A stretch of 64,000 nt of DNA from Phoronis australis (lineage: Eukaryota; Animalia; Phoronida), in NCBI GenBank assembly GCA_002633005.1, contig NMRA01000348.1, positions 173,065-237,064 on the forward strand, written 5' to 3'. Positions 52,101-63,218 of this stretch are shown here, piece after piece (the first letter of the stretch is position 1; the number at the start of each line of letters is the position of its first letter). Position numbers and translations under genes: made by a program. Under the pieces are notes generated by a model. The model searched no databases, had not been told where the DNA came from, and worked only from the letters and a program-made list of their open reading frames with translations.

Positions 52101-55100
52101 ATGTGGCGCACATATACCTTTGAGTAAAAGCTTCTGATCCTCAGGGATGGTTGATCACCCACTATTCAGAGTACTCAATTTATGCCAGGTTTGCCTGGCA
52201 ATTTTTGTTTCAGGTAATTGCCTACACATTACTTTGCATATTGCATATTCTTGGCCTGCTTGGATAAAAGTTATACGCTGGATAGCAACAACGACATGGC
52301 ATTGTCGGTGTCGCCGGGCCTTGCCAATGACGAACAATGCACTTGGCGTCATTCAACAACCACGCGTATCCAGCGGATAAGTTTTAAGCAGCCTTGGTGC
52401 ATTTTGATTTGTGCTACACATGTATAAATTGACAACCTGTGCGCAGAACTGCCATAGCTAAGAGTGAGGAGATAAAACCGTACTGGCTGAGCTTTCCACA
52501 TTCCGGGGACGCCTATGATTGGATGAACGTCTCTGGCGACGTCTATCAACATGTCAACGCAGACCACTGCGCCACCTTTGGCTGCACGAACACGACAAAC
52601 AACACCTGCAGCGTAGGATCTGATTACTGCAATGTGACGAGACTGATTCTTTGCGAAAAAGAGCCAGTTTGTAAGTACTCACAGGAACAGTGGAAACGGA
52701 TAGATGCGACACAAGGAATGGTAGGCCAAAGGCCTCCTATTTTTGAGTAGCTCGCACCTTATTGGATTTTCAATCTGCATCAAATATCACTGAAAATTAT
52801 CTTTCCGACTAGAGCAGTTTGCACCTGTATAAAGTTTTCCCTTCGAAAAGCATACGTGAAAGCCGGAGTATGCCTTTCATTCTCAAGGGGAGTTGTGAGC
52901 ATGGCGGTGGGGACTTCTTACAAGAAATGTTTAGATATTTAAATCCTGGCACATATGCAAACGACAAGGATCTTCCATCATGTCTCGGCAACTCTGACTA
53001 TCACTGATACCCCTTATGGTCACTTATTTGGCTTCTTGTACCTTACACGAAACTGACCAGCAATCCTAGAAACGGTTTGCGGTGAAGTGTGGGCGCATAT
53101 CAACGCTTCACTTTGCTCTTGTTTGAAAATTTTGTAACGCTGAGCACTCTATACTTACAGCGTATTCAACTAGCGAAGTCATGTAGTTCTACAACTAAAA
53201 CAATTAAAGCATACACAGATCACCATTAAACCCAGCCAAACAAACGACAGGCATGCGCGGTTCACCATCATGCACTGTAAAATAAACAGATTCAACCTAT
53301 CGTAAAAAGAAACAACAATTGTAAGAAGGATTTCAAGGGAAAATCCCTATTTTTATTTGAGACGCGCAAACTGAACAAGAATTTAGCACAAAACTTATTT
53401 TGGTGTCATATGGCTAAGTTGTCAACTTTTTAACCTAACCTACATCACATGTATTTATCTTTAATCACGCCACGTCGTATAACTGATTCTTCAATCTTAA
53501 GATCTTTCCTACAGACGACGGGGCCCTGAGCGTGAACGACTTGCCAGACGGCGCATTTTCAAGATCATCTGAGCATGCTGGTTGTCCCGTGACAAAACTA
53601 CGTATGGACAGTGACCGGTCATGGTGTGCAGCAACCAACGCAGTCCCAAGCGATTACGTCCAAGTTCACCTGAATGTGGACTTAGTAGTAACTCTGATTG
53701 CTACAAAGGTATGTTGAATAACTGTATTTCCAGAAGTTGTGGTTACGATGGACAAAACCTTTCACCGTGGTTGACAAGTTTTACATAGCACATCGTGAGT
53801 TTAACTTGATGTTATACGAACTGATAACTTGACATCAGACTAACATATATTTGCATATATCGTCGGCAAGTTTATCAAATTACGCGTTATTCACTACACT
53901 TCGTGTGATATTGACTAAGAACTCTGATAATGGACGCAAATTGTTGCAGTCGGATTTGCCCCCTTGGGCTTCTAGCACATTTGAAATGCTTTATGCTCCT
54001 GGTGTGAAACAAGCTGATATACTAACCACCTACGCAGTGTAAATATGATCTGGAACAACTAACGTTTACACAGGAGCAAACACCGATTCCATCGATTTTA
54101 TTGTCATGCAAACGGGGTATTGGCAATAAACGTTATTGATCTTTGATGGTAACATATTTGTTTTTATTTTCCCCAGGGTCGCAAGGATCTGGCCCAGTTT
54201 GTGACATCGCTAGAGATCTATACGTCCTTGGATGGTTCGACTTTTTCTTGCATCAAGAAAGTCGAGGATGTTTCAACGTGCAAAGTGGTAAGCATGAGTT
54301 GCGAAGTCATTCGTTTTCCAATATAAGTGAAGACGTTTTTTAAAATTAACAAGTGGCTTGAAAAACTTCGTCAGCAGCACGAATATATGATATACACCGT
54401 ATCATGTACTATTTGCTTTCTGCAACTGAAACGAGGTTTCTCGCTGCAGTAACGTCTCAATAACGTACATGTGTAACCCGGTCTCAAATCTGTATCCGAC
54501 ATCTGGATTGTTTAACACATGCGCAGTGGTGGACGCGTAATATTACTTCCTGAACACGTGATCGTATGTGATTTTGTTCGACCATTTCATGTTTCTTGGT
54601 TTACACGTACCTATTGTCTTTCAGTTCGAGGCTAACACAGATGCAAACAGTATTCGTTTCATAGAATTACCCAAACCTCTGCTAGCACGTTATGTAAGAA
54701 TCAAGCCACATTCTTACTCTTGGCACAAGTCCATGCGTCTAGAAGTGTACGGATATCGTTATGGTAAGCAAACAATACAAAACAATGATACGACGGCTCA
54801 CGATTTCGGTTGAAAACAGGAGTACCTTTTTAGCCTAATTGAGCATTGGTGTGGCTTCCATCACGGTGTGCACATGCCCACGTGTGCAGTAAAATATCAA
54901 ACAAAAGAAATCTTAAAGAGTTCCCACCATGCATTTTCTTAGTTTTTGAGGTTTTAATTAGCTAATAAGAAATCAATACCATACAATCTACGTGTAACTA
55001 AATAAGCACCTTTGATGCCAAATTGTAGCATATTTTTAATTTTGAAAAAAGTTAGTTATTTCCAAGTTTCCCGCCGAATGATGTAATGTGTGGAAGACAT

Positions 55101-58100
55101 TTGGTTACTTGACAATCAATTGCAGTGGCAAGAACTGGACAATTATTGTAGCTCCCTTTTGAAATTCGTGAGACTCTACAGCGTACTCATAAGTTGGTGC
55201 AAGCACAGTCTCAGTAGGCAACTGGCACACCACAGGTTGTCATTGTTAATCTAGTTTATTGTTTCTCCTTGTAACTGACTGTGACTGTGTCTGTGCATCA
55301 TTACTTGTTGTTGGGCTTAGCAAGATGGCCACTGTGCTTTTTTTCTTCCGATGACGGGCTTTCAATAAACGGTGAAACAATTTTGTAGACCTTCGAGGTG
55401 TGACCTCTAAAAAGATTGAAATTTATGGGGAGTGGTCAAATTGGGGATCGTGGGAGAAATGTCGGTTATCTGGCGAACGCAAAAGGTGGCGCAACTGTAC
55501 TGGACGCGATCCACTTCCAGGAAGACATTGCCTGGGAATGCCTTGGGAAAGCGTAAAATGTCCTGGTGAGTGAGAAGGTTTATTATAACCGTGTCTACAT
55601 GTATGCTATTAATATTACTCATCTTACTATAGAAACGCCGTTAAATACTCACTTTTAGTGTATTGTTAAATTTTAAGGCCAGTCCTTCCAGTTTTAGTCT
55701 GAGAAACGGTTTGGGCGCACTTCTTTTGCAAGAACTAATTCTGCAACCTCATCGTGGCCAGTCTTCCTAGATTACAGATTAAGATCCAGCCCCACGCATC
55801 CCTAGTGAGACCACGTCGAAATCGTAACCTACTTAATGCATTCTGGTATTCTGTAAACTCTGGTTCAAGTCTGTTATCATAGGGATATTCCGACACACTC
55901 GACGACATTCATTTTTTATGGTCACATGATTTGCTCTTAGTTGCTGTTGAGTTTTCACACTGAACCTGTGTCGTTTTCGATAAACCCATTTTCTTTTTCT
56001 AATGTCACCATCAGACAATCAGTATGCCATTGCAGTTTAAGTTAGGAGGCAATAGAGCGCCAGAGCGGATTATAGGTAAATTGCGTTTCCCCTCCACCGT
56101 ATATCAGGACTGTGTTCTGTAGATCCAAGTCTAGCTTAAAAAGCAATGTGAAGTCGTGCTTCGCTTGTAATACCTGGCGAAGATTTGCATGAGTGATTTT
56201 GAGATTTTGTAAGAGTCTTGCTTCTTCGGAACACAGCCCTGTGTGCATCCTACCTTGTTACATAATAGGTGCAACCACGTCAACGTTTTCAACGCTATTT
56301 TCCTTTTCCAGCACTTCCTGGGTGTTTCATCGATTCCGATCCTAGAGATTTGCCACATCGCATTCTACAGAATACAGCTGTTTCAAGGAATAAATGTCAA
56401 TCTAAATGCAAGTCACAAAACTATGATTTGGCTGCCGTTCAAAATGGTAGCGACTGCTATTGTAGCAATACTTACGCATCTCATGGAACACGGCAGCTTG
56501 ATGATTGCAACATGACTTGTTCAGCTACCTGGTCCCAGGAAACATGTGGCGGGCACAAGTCAAATTGGATCATGGAAGCTAAACACAGTAAGAATGATTT
56601 GACTGATGTATAGAATCGTTTAGAGATGACTGAGTAAAATTGGGCGAGACTATATATTTACATATCAGATGTACTGAAGATGTTCCAAGATCCAACGGGC
56701 TGCAATTCCATCACACGCATTTCTAGTATTGTAGTGTGTCGTATATCTAGTAAACAGGGCACACACAACAGATTGCTTTTTGCAGGAGCAGCCTCTCTCG
56801 GCTTGCACGTACTGTAAACGTTTTGCAGTAATTATAACAGCAATAGTTGTAGTAACAACACTAACAATAATAGCAATATTCTAATAGAAATAGTACTATT
56901 AATAGTAATAGTAAAAGTGATATCAATAGCAATAGTAATAGTAATAGTAATACTTATATCAATAGTGATATTATTAATAAAATGCTAAACAGAGGCTTAT
57001 TTTTACACTACTTTATACTAGACAAATTACTAGTCACGTGTGCAGCTGAAGACTTTTAAAAGTTCAATACTTGAACCTTAACTTAAAACGTTTTCAAGTC
57101 TATCTGACATTACATGTAGTTCAAACCCCACTGACAGAAGAGTGGCCTTGCGGGCGGCACGCGTCCTCACAGTTCAAGGTATCTTTGTACAAAATTCATA
57201 TAGTTGCTTTCTTCTTTGCAGCTGACGGACAGTGGACAACGTGGCAAGCGTGGTCGCATTGTAATGTCACCTGTGGTAATGGTATTCGTGAAAGGAAGCG
57301 CTGGTGTGACAATCCTCGACCAGAAGGTGGAGCACAGTGTGTTGGGGTCAACAACGAAACCGAGAGCTGCTCTTTTTGTTACAGTACGTAATATTCGAAA
57401 TCTCCTATTCAGGTGTTGAGCTGTAGTTTGCAGTGTATTCCATCTATAAAACAGTGGTAGTGCACACACCTCTGCCAACCAAAGCATGAATGGCTGTCAC
57501 GTTGTGGATTTGGTTTGCTTGGTGTCGATACAAAGCGTATATTAACAGTATAATTTCAGGTTGAAGAAATCTAACTCAAAAACAAATCAAATATAATTGT
57601 TTTTCATAACTTTGTGAGAAGCCCAAACCAAAATGAAAACTGCCACTGAATTTGTGCCAAACAACAACTGCTTTTCCACGAACTGCAATTCGCATTTTTA
57701 GTCATCTTTCACGCACTACTGTGGACTCTGTGTTCAGACTGAGCGTGCAATTGTGCATGCACAAGTAGGTAGGCGTCATTTACCAATTCTGTTGTAATTA
57801 AATGACTGGTAAAAATCTATCTCACCCAGGAATGTTCCAAGGTCCAGTATCTATAAATATTGCAGTGAAATTTACACAAACTAATTTTTAATATACATCT
57901 GTCCCTTTTATGGTAGAGGTTGCAACAATGAGCGTCTTTTGGGGCAAGTTCTCATATTTTCCTTACTATGAATGGTGTTTTGAGCCTTTTTAGCTAAAAA
58001 TCTAAATTTCGTTCGGAAGAGATGAAGTCATAGACTGCAAACATGTCTTAGCGGCTGATTCACCTGTCCAGTTTCTGGCATCATTGCTCACTGGCAAAGT

Positions 58101-61100
58101 ATCATGTAACGGTGCTTGGATTGGTAAACAGACGGGTGGTTCGTCCAGTGAGCAAAGTCATTGGCACCTTAACAGGAGAGAATACTGAGGTTACTCACTT
58201 CGTTACATTTCCGGTTTGAGAGGTAGTGCTATTTTTGTAAATCTAATTTTCATGGAAATCAAACAAAATGTTCCAAAATATCCAATAGTAAATAAAATAT
58301 ACCGAAATGGCTTAAATTGGCAGAATTTCCATTTAAGGTCGCGGATTCACCTTTTATATCATTAATTATTCTAACAAAAATTCTAAAAAGTATTTATTGG
58401 AAAGTACATTGTGTGTCATTTTCTTAACTAAAAACTTTCGGAAAACAATCAATGACATTGTAACGTTTTGTAGGAACACCTGGATGCTTTCGACACAAAC
58501 CCGAAGGCCAAAACGTAGCCAGGGATTTGACAGAGCTAGCGTACAACAAACAGTCGAACACACGCATGAGTTGTAGACATGAATGTCGTGACCTAGGATA
58601 TAAATATGCCGGCTTGTACTTTGCTGCCGTGTGTCGCTGTGGAAATGAGTTCGGTAGATTTGGTCAGCTGAATGACTCTGACTGTTCCACGCCATGTAAA
58701 GGAGACTCCACAGAGACGTGCGGAGGAACTAATGGCCATTTTGTTTTGGAGGCAGTAATTGGTAAGTTTCTAAAAGACTAATTTCCATCTGAAGGCCCTT
58801 GTGCTCAATGTTCATAATGGCGAGAATTCGGAAGAAGACATGATTGTAAGGTCCTTCCAGACGTACATGTACCACTGGATGATCTACCAATGTCTACAAT
58901 CTGATACTGTGTTCGTGTGTGGACATTCATAAGAAGGAGAGTTGGAGTACGATGAGTACGCAGACGAGACCTTAAAATGATTGTCTACAAAGGCCAAGCA
59001 ACCCCAACAATTGGGCTCACGCCATTGCAGAAATCTCTCGTTTGGTCAATCGCGGCTAGTCCTTATACCGGTGTAGTCAATTTAATAAGCGTTCCCGAGC
59101 TGTTTTTCCGGCATCACGACTCCCAAGTCAATTATCAATCATGTTCAGAGAATTTTAACTGTTTATCAACGGGTACTTAAGAACTGCAACCTTCCCATAA
59201 CGCATCTGTCTTAAAATGTTATCGTATTTCTTAGGGTAAAGCAATTGCAGCTTCATCTTTTGTTGGGAATATAATTTCAGAAACCAGACAGTTTGGAAAA
59301 TTACCACATTTAGTCCATAATATATATTTTAGCCAGTTGTTTTATTGCCCGCGAAGACATCGCTGGTGTGGTAATTCAGGTACTCTCAACAGGACCTTCG
59401 ATCAGATTCTTCGATAATTATCTGGCCTCTTGAGGACAGCCGGAATTGTACAAATCGTCTAATTAAGAAGTACATGGTACCATGAAACAAGCCAATTTTG
59501 TAATGCACTCATTAACATGACTCGCGGTCCTTTGAATTCAGCTCACACGCTACCCCGGCTCTATAGAGAACGTCATGTTACACAGCCCCAAAACACAGCC
59601 CACTGAGTCTGACACTAATTTAAGAATCAAATGCATGATTCTGTCGCTAAGAGTTCGTCAGGCCTATTCACCGTCGTGCCGGAGCGGACCTTGTGGTTCC
59701 AGAGCAATGCTTGTTGGGTACGTAACAAAACATTTTTAGTGCACTTAGGCCTTCTTTTGAAGTCGTGGAACTGAGTTTACTGGCCCATGACTCGTTTTTA
59801 TGAATGAAGAGCTAAGAGTGCGTGAGCCGTGTTGTTCGGGTAACTTAAAAACATATCTGCCTTCTTGCGAACAATTAGCGTAACCATGATTAACATAATA
59901 TTCTGGCTTAGTCGCGCACTATCAACATGGGAAGGCGAGACTACTCTGGTACTCACGGTAGACTATAATCTGCCTCTGGTAAGGTGTGCACTAGGAGAAT
60001 TCTGATTGGCGGATTTAAATAGACCGACTTAGTCGGCACAGCGGGACCTTCGGGATTGGATTTTTATTGTTGAATCACTTCTGTTTTTGTCCGAAACACG
60101 CATTTTGTTGGAGGCATCTTCTTATTTTAGTCACTCATATTGCATAATGGATGATGCAATTGATACTTTCGATAAGTCCTTTCTGCAAGTCAATGTTCGT
60201 GCGACGGTACCATATTCGAACGTGTACCCGGCGTCTTTCACCAGGTTCGATATGTCGGGTGCACCAAAAAATTCCGAGATTCAAACGGTTGAACCTTCAA
60301 CAGGTTTGAACGTCTGTTTCTGAAATTTCGCAATTAAAATTTGGTACACTGTGAATGTTTGTCTTCCCAGATATTTAAGTTTTCACGCGAAACACCGAAT
60401 TGGACATGACAGGTCGAAAATGAAGGTCATGCAGACAGCCGAATTACATTACACGATTAAAAAAATTGCGTACGTTGTACCAGTTGTTTTAAGCAAGAAC
60501 ACTACACTGGCTTCTGCTGATTCTGGTTGATTTCTGTCGTGTAGATTACCATGGTAACATTTCAAGGAATTTTGGTGCCAGACACGTATCTGTAATCTTA
60601 AGTAGATGAAGCCATCAGGCAATGACGATTGCGACCAACTCGCACTTGTAGTCATCTAGTGAAGCGCAAGGATGAATGTGTGAGACCGGCTCCGACGTCA
60701 GTCTGTCGCCACGGCGTGTTCCACAGAACTAGAACTCAAGCGATTACTCTAGATAAGTCTTTGAAGGGACATTGACAACTAAAATCTCGTAACTGTTGTC
60801 CAGGCAATACCGCTACTTCCTGCTGCGGTTTTGTTGCTCTAGAATTTATGAAACAATCGAAATTGGTTTCACTTTCGATTAATTTATAAGCTAGATATAG
60901 AAACCCTCGAACTGGATTTCGGGTCAATTCGCCTAGTATGGTTGTCATTAGCTCCCGGTTTACATCAGTGAAGCGCTCTTGGTGACAATGCCTTTCTCCA
61001 AGCCGCTTTATCTTCCAGTAAAGCACCCTGAGGTTTGTTTCAGAAACAACGAGTTTTCAAACCAATTTTTGTTCCGGATGTACCCATGGGCGTTACTTCT

Positions 61101-63218
61101 TCCTTCTTTTCCAAAAACGGACAAGTGGGTGCTTCGTCTGTGGTGGGGTGCTTTATCGGAAATACCCGGTAACTGCTAAATTGGTACGTGGGCTTCGTTT
61201 TGTGCTGGAGATTGAAGTGTAAATAATTACATAATAATTGCTGTCCAAGTCTCGTTTTTGGAGAGAAATTAATACCCATGAGTTCTATATTGAGAAAAGC
61301 ATGTACATGTATGAAATATGTACGCTTACTTAAAAGAACTGTAACAATTGTATACAACTTAAAAGATGTTCCACGTTATGATCCACTCTAAATATTAAGA
61401 CTAATCATAGACAACGTGTAGCAGACTCGTTGTTTTTTATCTATCAAAGGATCAGATAAATAGGGCCAACTAGAACCACCATTTTTGCAGTTTTGTAAAA
61501 ATATGTTTTGTATTCTATATCACAGTAAATAAATGTTTCTTTCTATACTCTTGCGTCATGTTCAGTTTTGGAAAATGTTTTTTGGAAAATGCAACACACA
61601 GGTCTCCCCGAGTTCTGTCCAAAACAACATGTAATTTCTAGCCAACAGGTCAAAATTATGACGCAACGACTCTCTTGGTGCCGCTACTCAACTGTCTGAA
61701 ACGCCTGATCGCTTGGCATTGGCAGGTCAACAGGCCGTATACACTAACAAGCTGTTGCTCTTATTTATTCCAGTAAATGGAACGTGGTCTAACTGGGGCA
61801 CTTGGACTAACTGCAGTGCCACGTGTGGCGGAAACGGAAACCGCAACCGCACCAGGACCTGCACCAACCCGCCACCGGATCCTGGGCGGGGACTGGACTG
61901 TGAAGGGCCCAATAACGAAACTCAGACATGCACGGCACCGAACGGCTGTCCAGGTCAGATTTAAGATTCTCGAGAAGAGTCTACTCTGTTGTAATCTTCC
62001 GTTCACTTTACGTATAACGCCAGATGCTTGTTTATGTAATGTTAGTTTTGTTTTTGTGGTGAATGCAGTCAAAATTTGCAAGTCAAGCAGAACATATTTG
62101 GTATGAAGACTTGGGACTCGTTATTTTGACCTCTTAAAAGTTTTTTATGCGTTGAGCCAATGCCAAATTTGACGTACGGGTAAAAGTATCTATTCATCTC
62201 TTTTAGTGTTTACACAATGGTGGGTTGACGCTGAAGGCTGTTCCCTTTTTTAAACACCATAAGAGAGCATTCGCCAGAAATTGCAAAACAAAAAATCGAA
62301 CTTGCATATTATGTGACATAAAACTAACATCACGAGAACAGACCGGTTTGTTGCTAGACCGCTAAGAAATTTGAAATTGCCATGTGTAAGGTAGCGATTT
62401 GTCCACTCACGGGGTTCTTCAAAGCGGTATTGGGACATGATCAGATTTGTGACTGAAACACGCATTTTTGGGATTATTAAAAGGTGATTTAAACTTTTTG
62501 AAGCAACTAGCTTTTACCTGAGATACGAAACAACGAAATTCGCTGTTTTTTATTTCATTGCAAATGGCAAAAGTTGCAGGTTAGATTTCGAACTGAAGAT
62601 GCTCTCAGAAAATAATTTTACCTATAATGTCACTTCAACATAATTCTCTTGTAAAAGCCATTTATCGATATGGTGGCAAAAGAGTTTTTGTTGGGCGGGT
62701 GTTTAGCGCCACCTATTGTACTATACAGCCTGCAAAATGTCAGTTCTTCGTTCCTTGTCCGTGTATTGTTAATCTGCATCGTATATCCATGCTTACATTG
62801 TCGTTCTCAAACAATTAGTGACTGTGGGACAATATGGCGGATTATTGTAGCGCTTACATGTTCCGATGCTCAGAATTGGCTGGAAGTTTTAACCTGAATG
62901 ACATGCCGGAACTGTCCATTAGGCCACTACACGTCAATATCAAACATTATGGTCCCCCTTTCCAACGATGCAGTATCAAACCGAAGACTTTTCCAATAAT
63001 TCTCATAACAGGAAAGAATGTTATTTCGAACGATTGTTTTTCCCCAGTGAACGGAAGCTGGTCCTCATGGTTCAACTGGACCTGTGCAGTCACGTGCGGA
63101 GCTGGAAACGCGACTCGATTTCGTCAGTGCAACAACCCGGCACCAGCCCACGGAGGCAGCAACTGTTCCGGTGCTGCCATTGATACTGCACCATGTAGTG
63201 GACTGTCGGCATGTCCAA
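37849..63218 (+). CDS. Gene C (3'-partial): large mosaic lectin/adhesion protein SP-CCP-PAN-PAN-CTLD-TSP1-PAN-CTLD-FA58C-TSP1-WSC-TSP1-WSC-TSP1-TSP1..., 19 exons, ~1268 aa so far
   Basis: join(37849-37912,45312-45533,46168-46413,46970-47239,47800-47980,49459-49706,50535-50741,51045-51320,51681-51849,52447-52670,53515-53708,54177-54287,54625-54763,55389-55565,56312-56587,57222-57383,58474-58761,61774-61953,63048-63218); every junction is phase-compatible and no internal stop was found. Confidence 0.85.
39097..39290. mobile_element. Opposite-orientation end fragment of the AACTTAAGTT-array element family
   Basis: ccctaacaaaaatgaac is the reverse complement (1 mismatch) of the 35469-35485 terminus; aaaacttaagttttt motif. 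Confidence 0.55.
39315..41603 (+). repeat. Second copy of the 30710-33510 duplicate (inside gene C intron 1)
   Basis: Colinear, diverged similarity. Confidence 0.85.
40093..40146. repeat. (CA)n microsatellite
   Basis: Direct reading. Confidence 0.97.
42941..42994. repeat. (TA)n microsatellite interrupted by TACATGTA
   Basis: Direct reading. Confidence 0.97.
43084..43142. repeat. (CT)n microsatellite
   Basis: Direct reading. Confidence 0.97.
45312..45533 (+). CDS. Gene C exon: CCP/sushi domain
   Basis: gttacag| [39 protein letters not shown].. |gtaagt. Confidence 0.88.
46168..46413 (+). CDS. Gene C exon: PAN/apple-like domain
   Basis: tttgcag| ..[27 protein letters not shown].. |gtataa; C-x3-C-x5-C..C pattern. 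Confidence 0.7.
46970..47239 (+). CDS. Gene C exon: PAN/apple domain
   Basis: ttttttcag| [35 protein letters not shown] |gtaagt. Confidence 0.85.
47800..47980 (+). CDS. Gene C exon: C-type lectin domain 1, N-half
   Basis: aaacag| [34 protein letters not shown] |gtaagt; ends in phase 2. Confidence 0.88.
48150..49108 (-). mobile_element. Kolobok-like non-autonomous DNA transposon with a frameshifted THAP-domain relic (~48610-48880, minus strand)
   Basis: TTAA at both flanks (48146-48149, 49109-49112); imperfect TIRs (acagtacacaccatg / catgttgtgtacgct); [27 protein letters not shown] signature. Confidence 0.75.
49459..49706 (+). CDS. Gene C exon: C-type lectin domain 1, C-half (EPN motif)
   Basis: atttacag| ..[44 protein letters not shown] |gtaagt. 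Confidence 0.9.
50012..50293. repeat. Compound trinucleotide microsatellite (CAC/CAT/CGT)n with 21-bp higher-order units
   Basis: Direct reading; intronic. Confidence 0.93.
50535..50741 (+). CDS. Gene C exon: divergent TSP1 repeat (boundaries less certain; alternative acceptor at 50544)
   Basis: [41 protein letters not shown]; weak donor G|gtgctg. Confidence 0.72.
51045..51320 (+). CDS. Gene C exon: PAN/apple domain
   Basis: ttttcag| [45 protein letters not shown] |gtaagt. Confidence 0.88.
51681..51849 (+). CDS. Gene C exon: C-type lectin domain 2, N-half (this frame is absent from the ORF track)
   Basis: cttactag| [50 protein letters not shown] |gtaggt; ends in phase 2. Confidence 0.88.
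52447..52670 (+). CDS. Gene C exon: C-type lectin-like domain 2, C-half (no EPN/WND)
   Basis: gcgcag| ..[31 protein letters not shown] |gtaagt; phase 2 start fits the previous exon. Confidence 0.82.
53515..53708 (+). CDS. Gene C exon: F5/8 type C (discoidin) domain, part 1
   Basis: cctacag| ..[40 protein letters not shown] |gtatgt; ends in phase 0. Confidence 0.88.
54177..54287 (+). CDS. Gene C exon: F5/8 type C domain, part 2
   Basis: ttccccag| [37 protein letters not shown] |gtaagc; phase 0-0. Confidence 0.88.
54625..54763 (+). CDS. Gene C exon: F5/8 type C domain, part 3
   Basis: ctttcag| [43 protein letters not shown] |gtaagc. Confidence 0.9.
55389..55565 (+). CDS. Gene C exon: divergent TSP1 repeat (not in the ORF track)
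   Basis: ttttgtag| ..[48 protein letters not shown] |gtgagt. Confidence 0.85.
56312..56587 (+). CDS. Gene C exon: WSC domain
   Basis: ttttccag| [55 protein letters not shown] |gtaaga. Confidence 0.9.
56830..56980. repeat. Degenerate (AAT/AGT/AGC)n microsatellite; counterpart at 387-430
   Basis: Direct reading. Confidence 0.75.
57222..57383 (+). CDS. Gene C exon: TSP1 repeat (paralogue of 659-820)
   Basis: ttctttgcag| [20 protein letters not shown].. |gtacgt. Confidence 0.9.
58474..58761 (+). CDS. Gene C exon: WSC domain (paralogue of 1921-2208)
   Basis: ttttgtag| [36 protein letters not shown] |gtaagt. Confidence 0.9.
61774..61953 (+). CDS. Gene C exon: TSP1 repeat (paralogue of 4940-5119)
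   Basis: ttattccag| [20 protein letters not shown].. |gtcaga. Confidence 0.9.
63048..63218 (+). CDS. Gene C exon: TSP1 repeat (paralogue of 6150-6320)
   Basis: ttccccag| [20 protein letters not shown].. |gtaaga. Confidence 0.9.
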
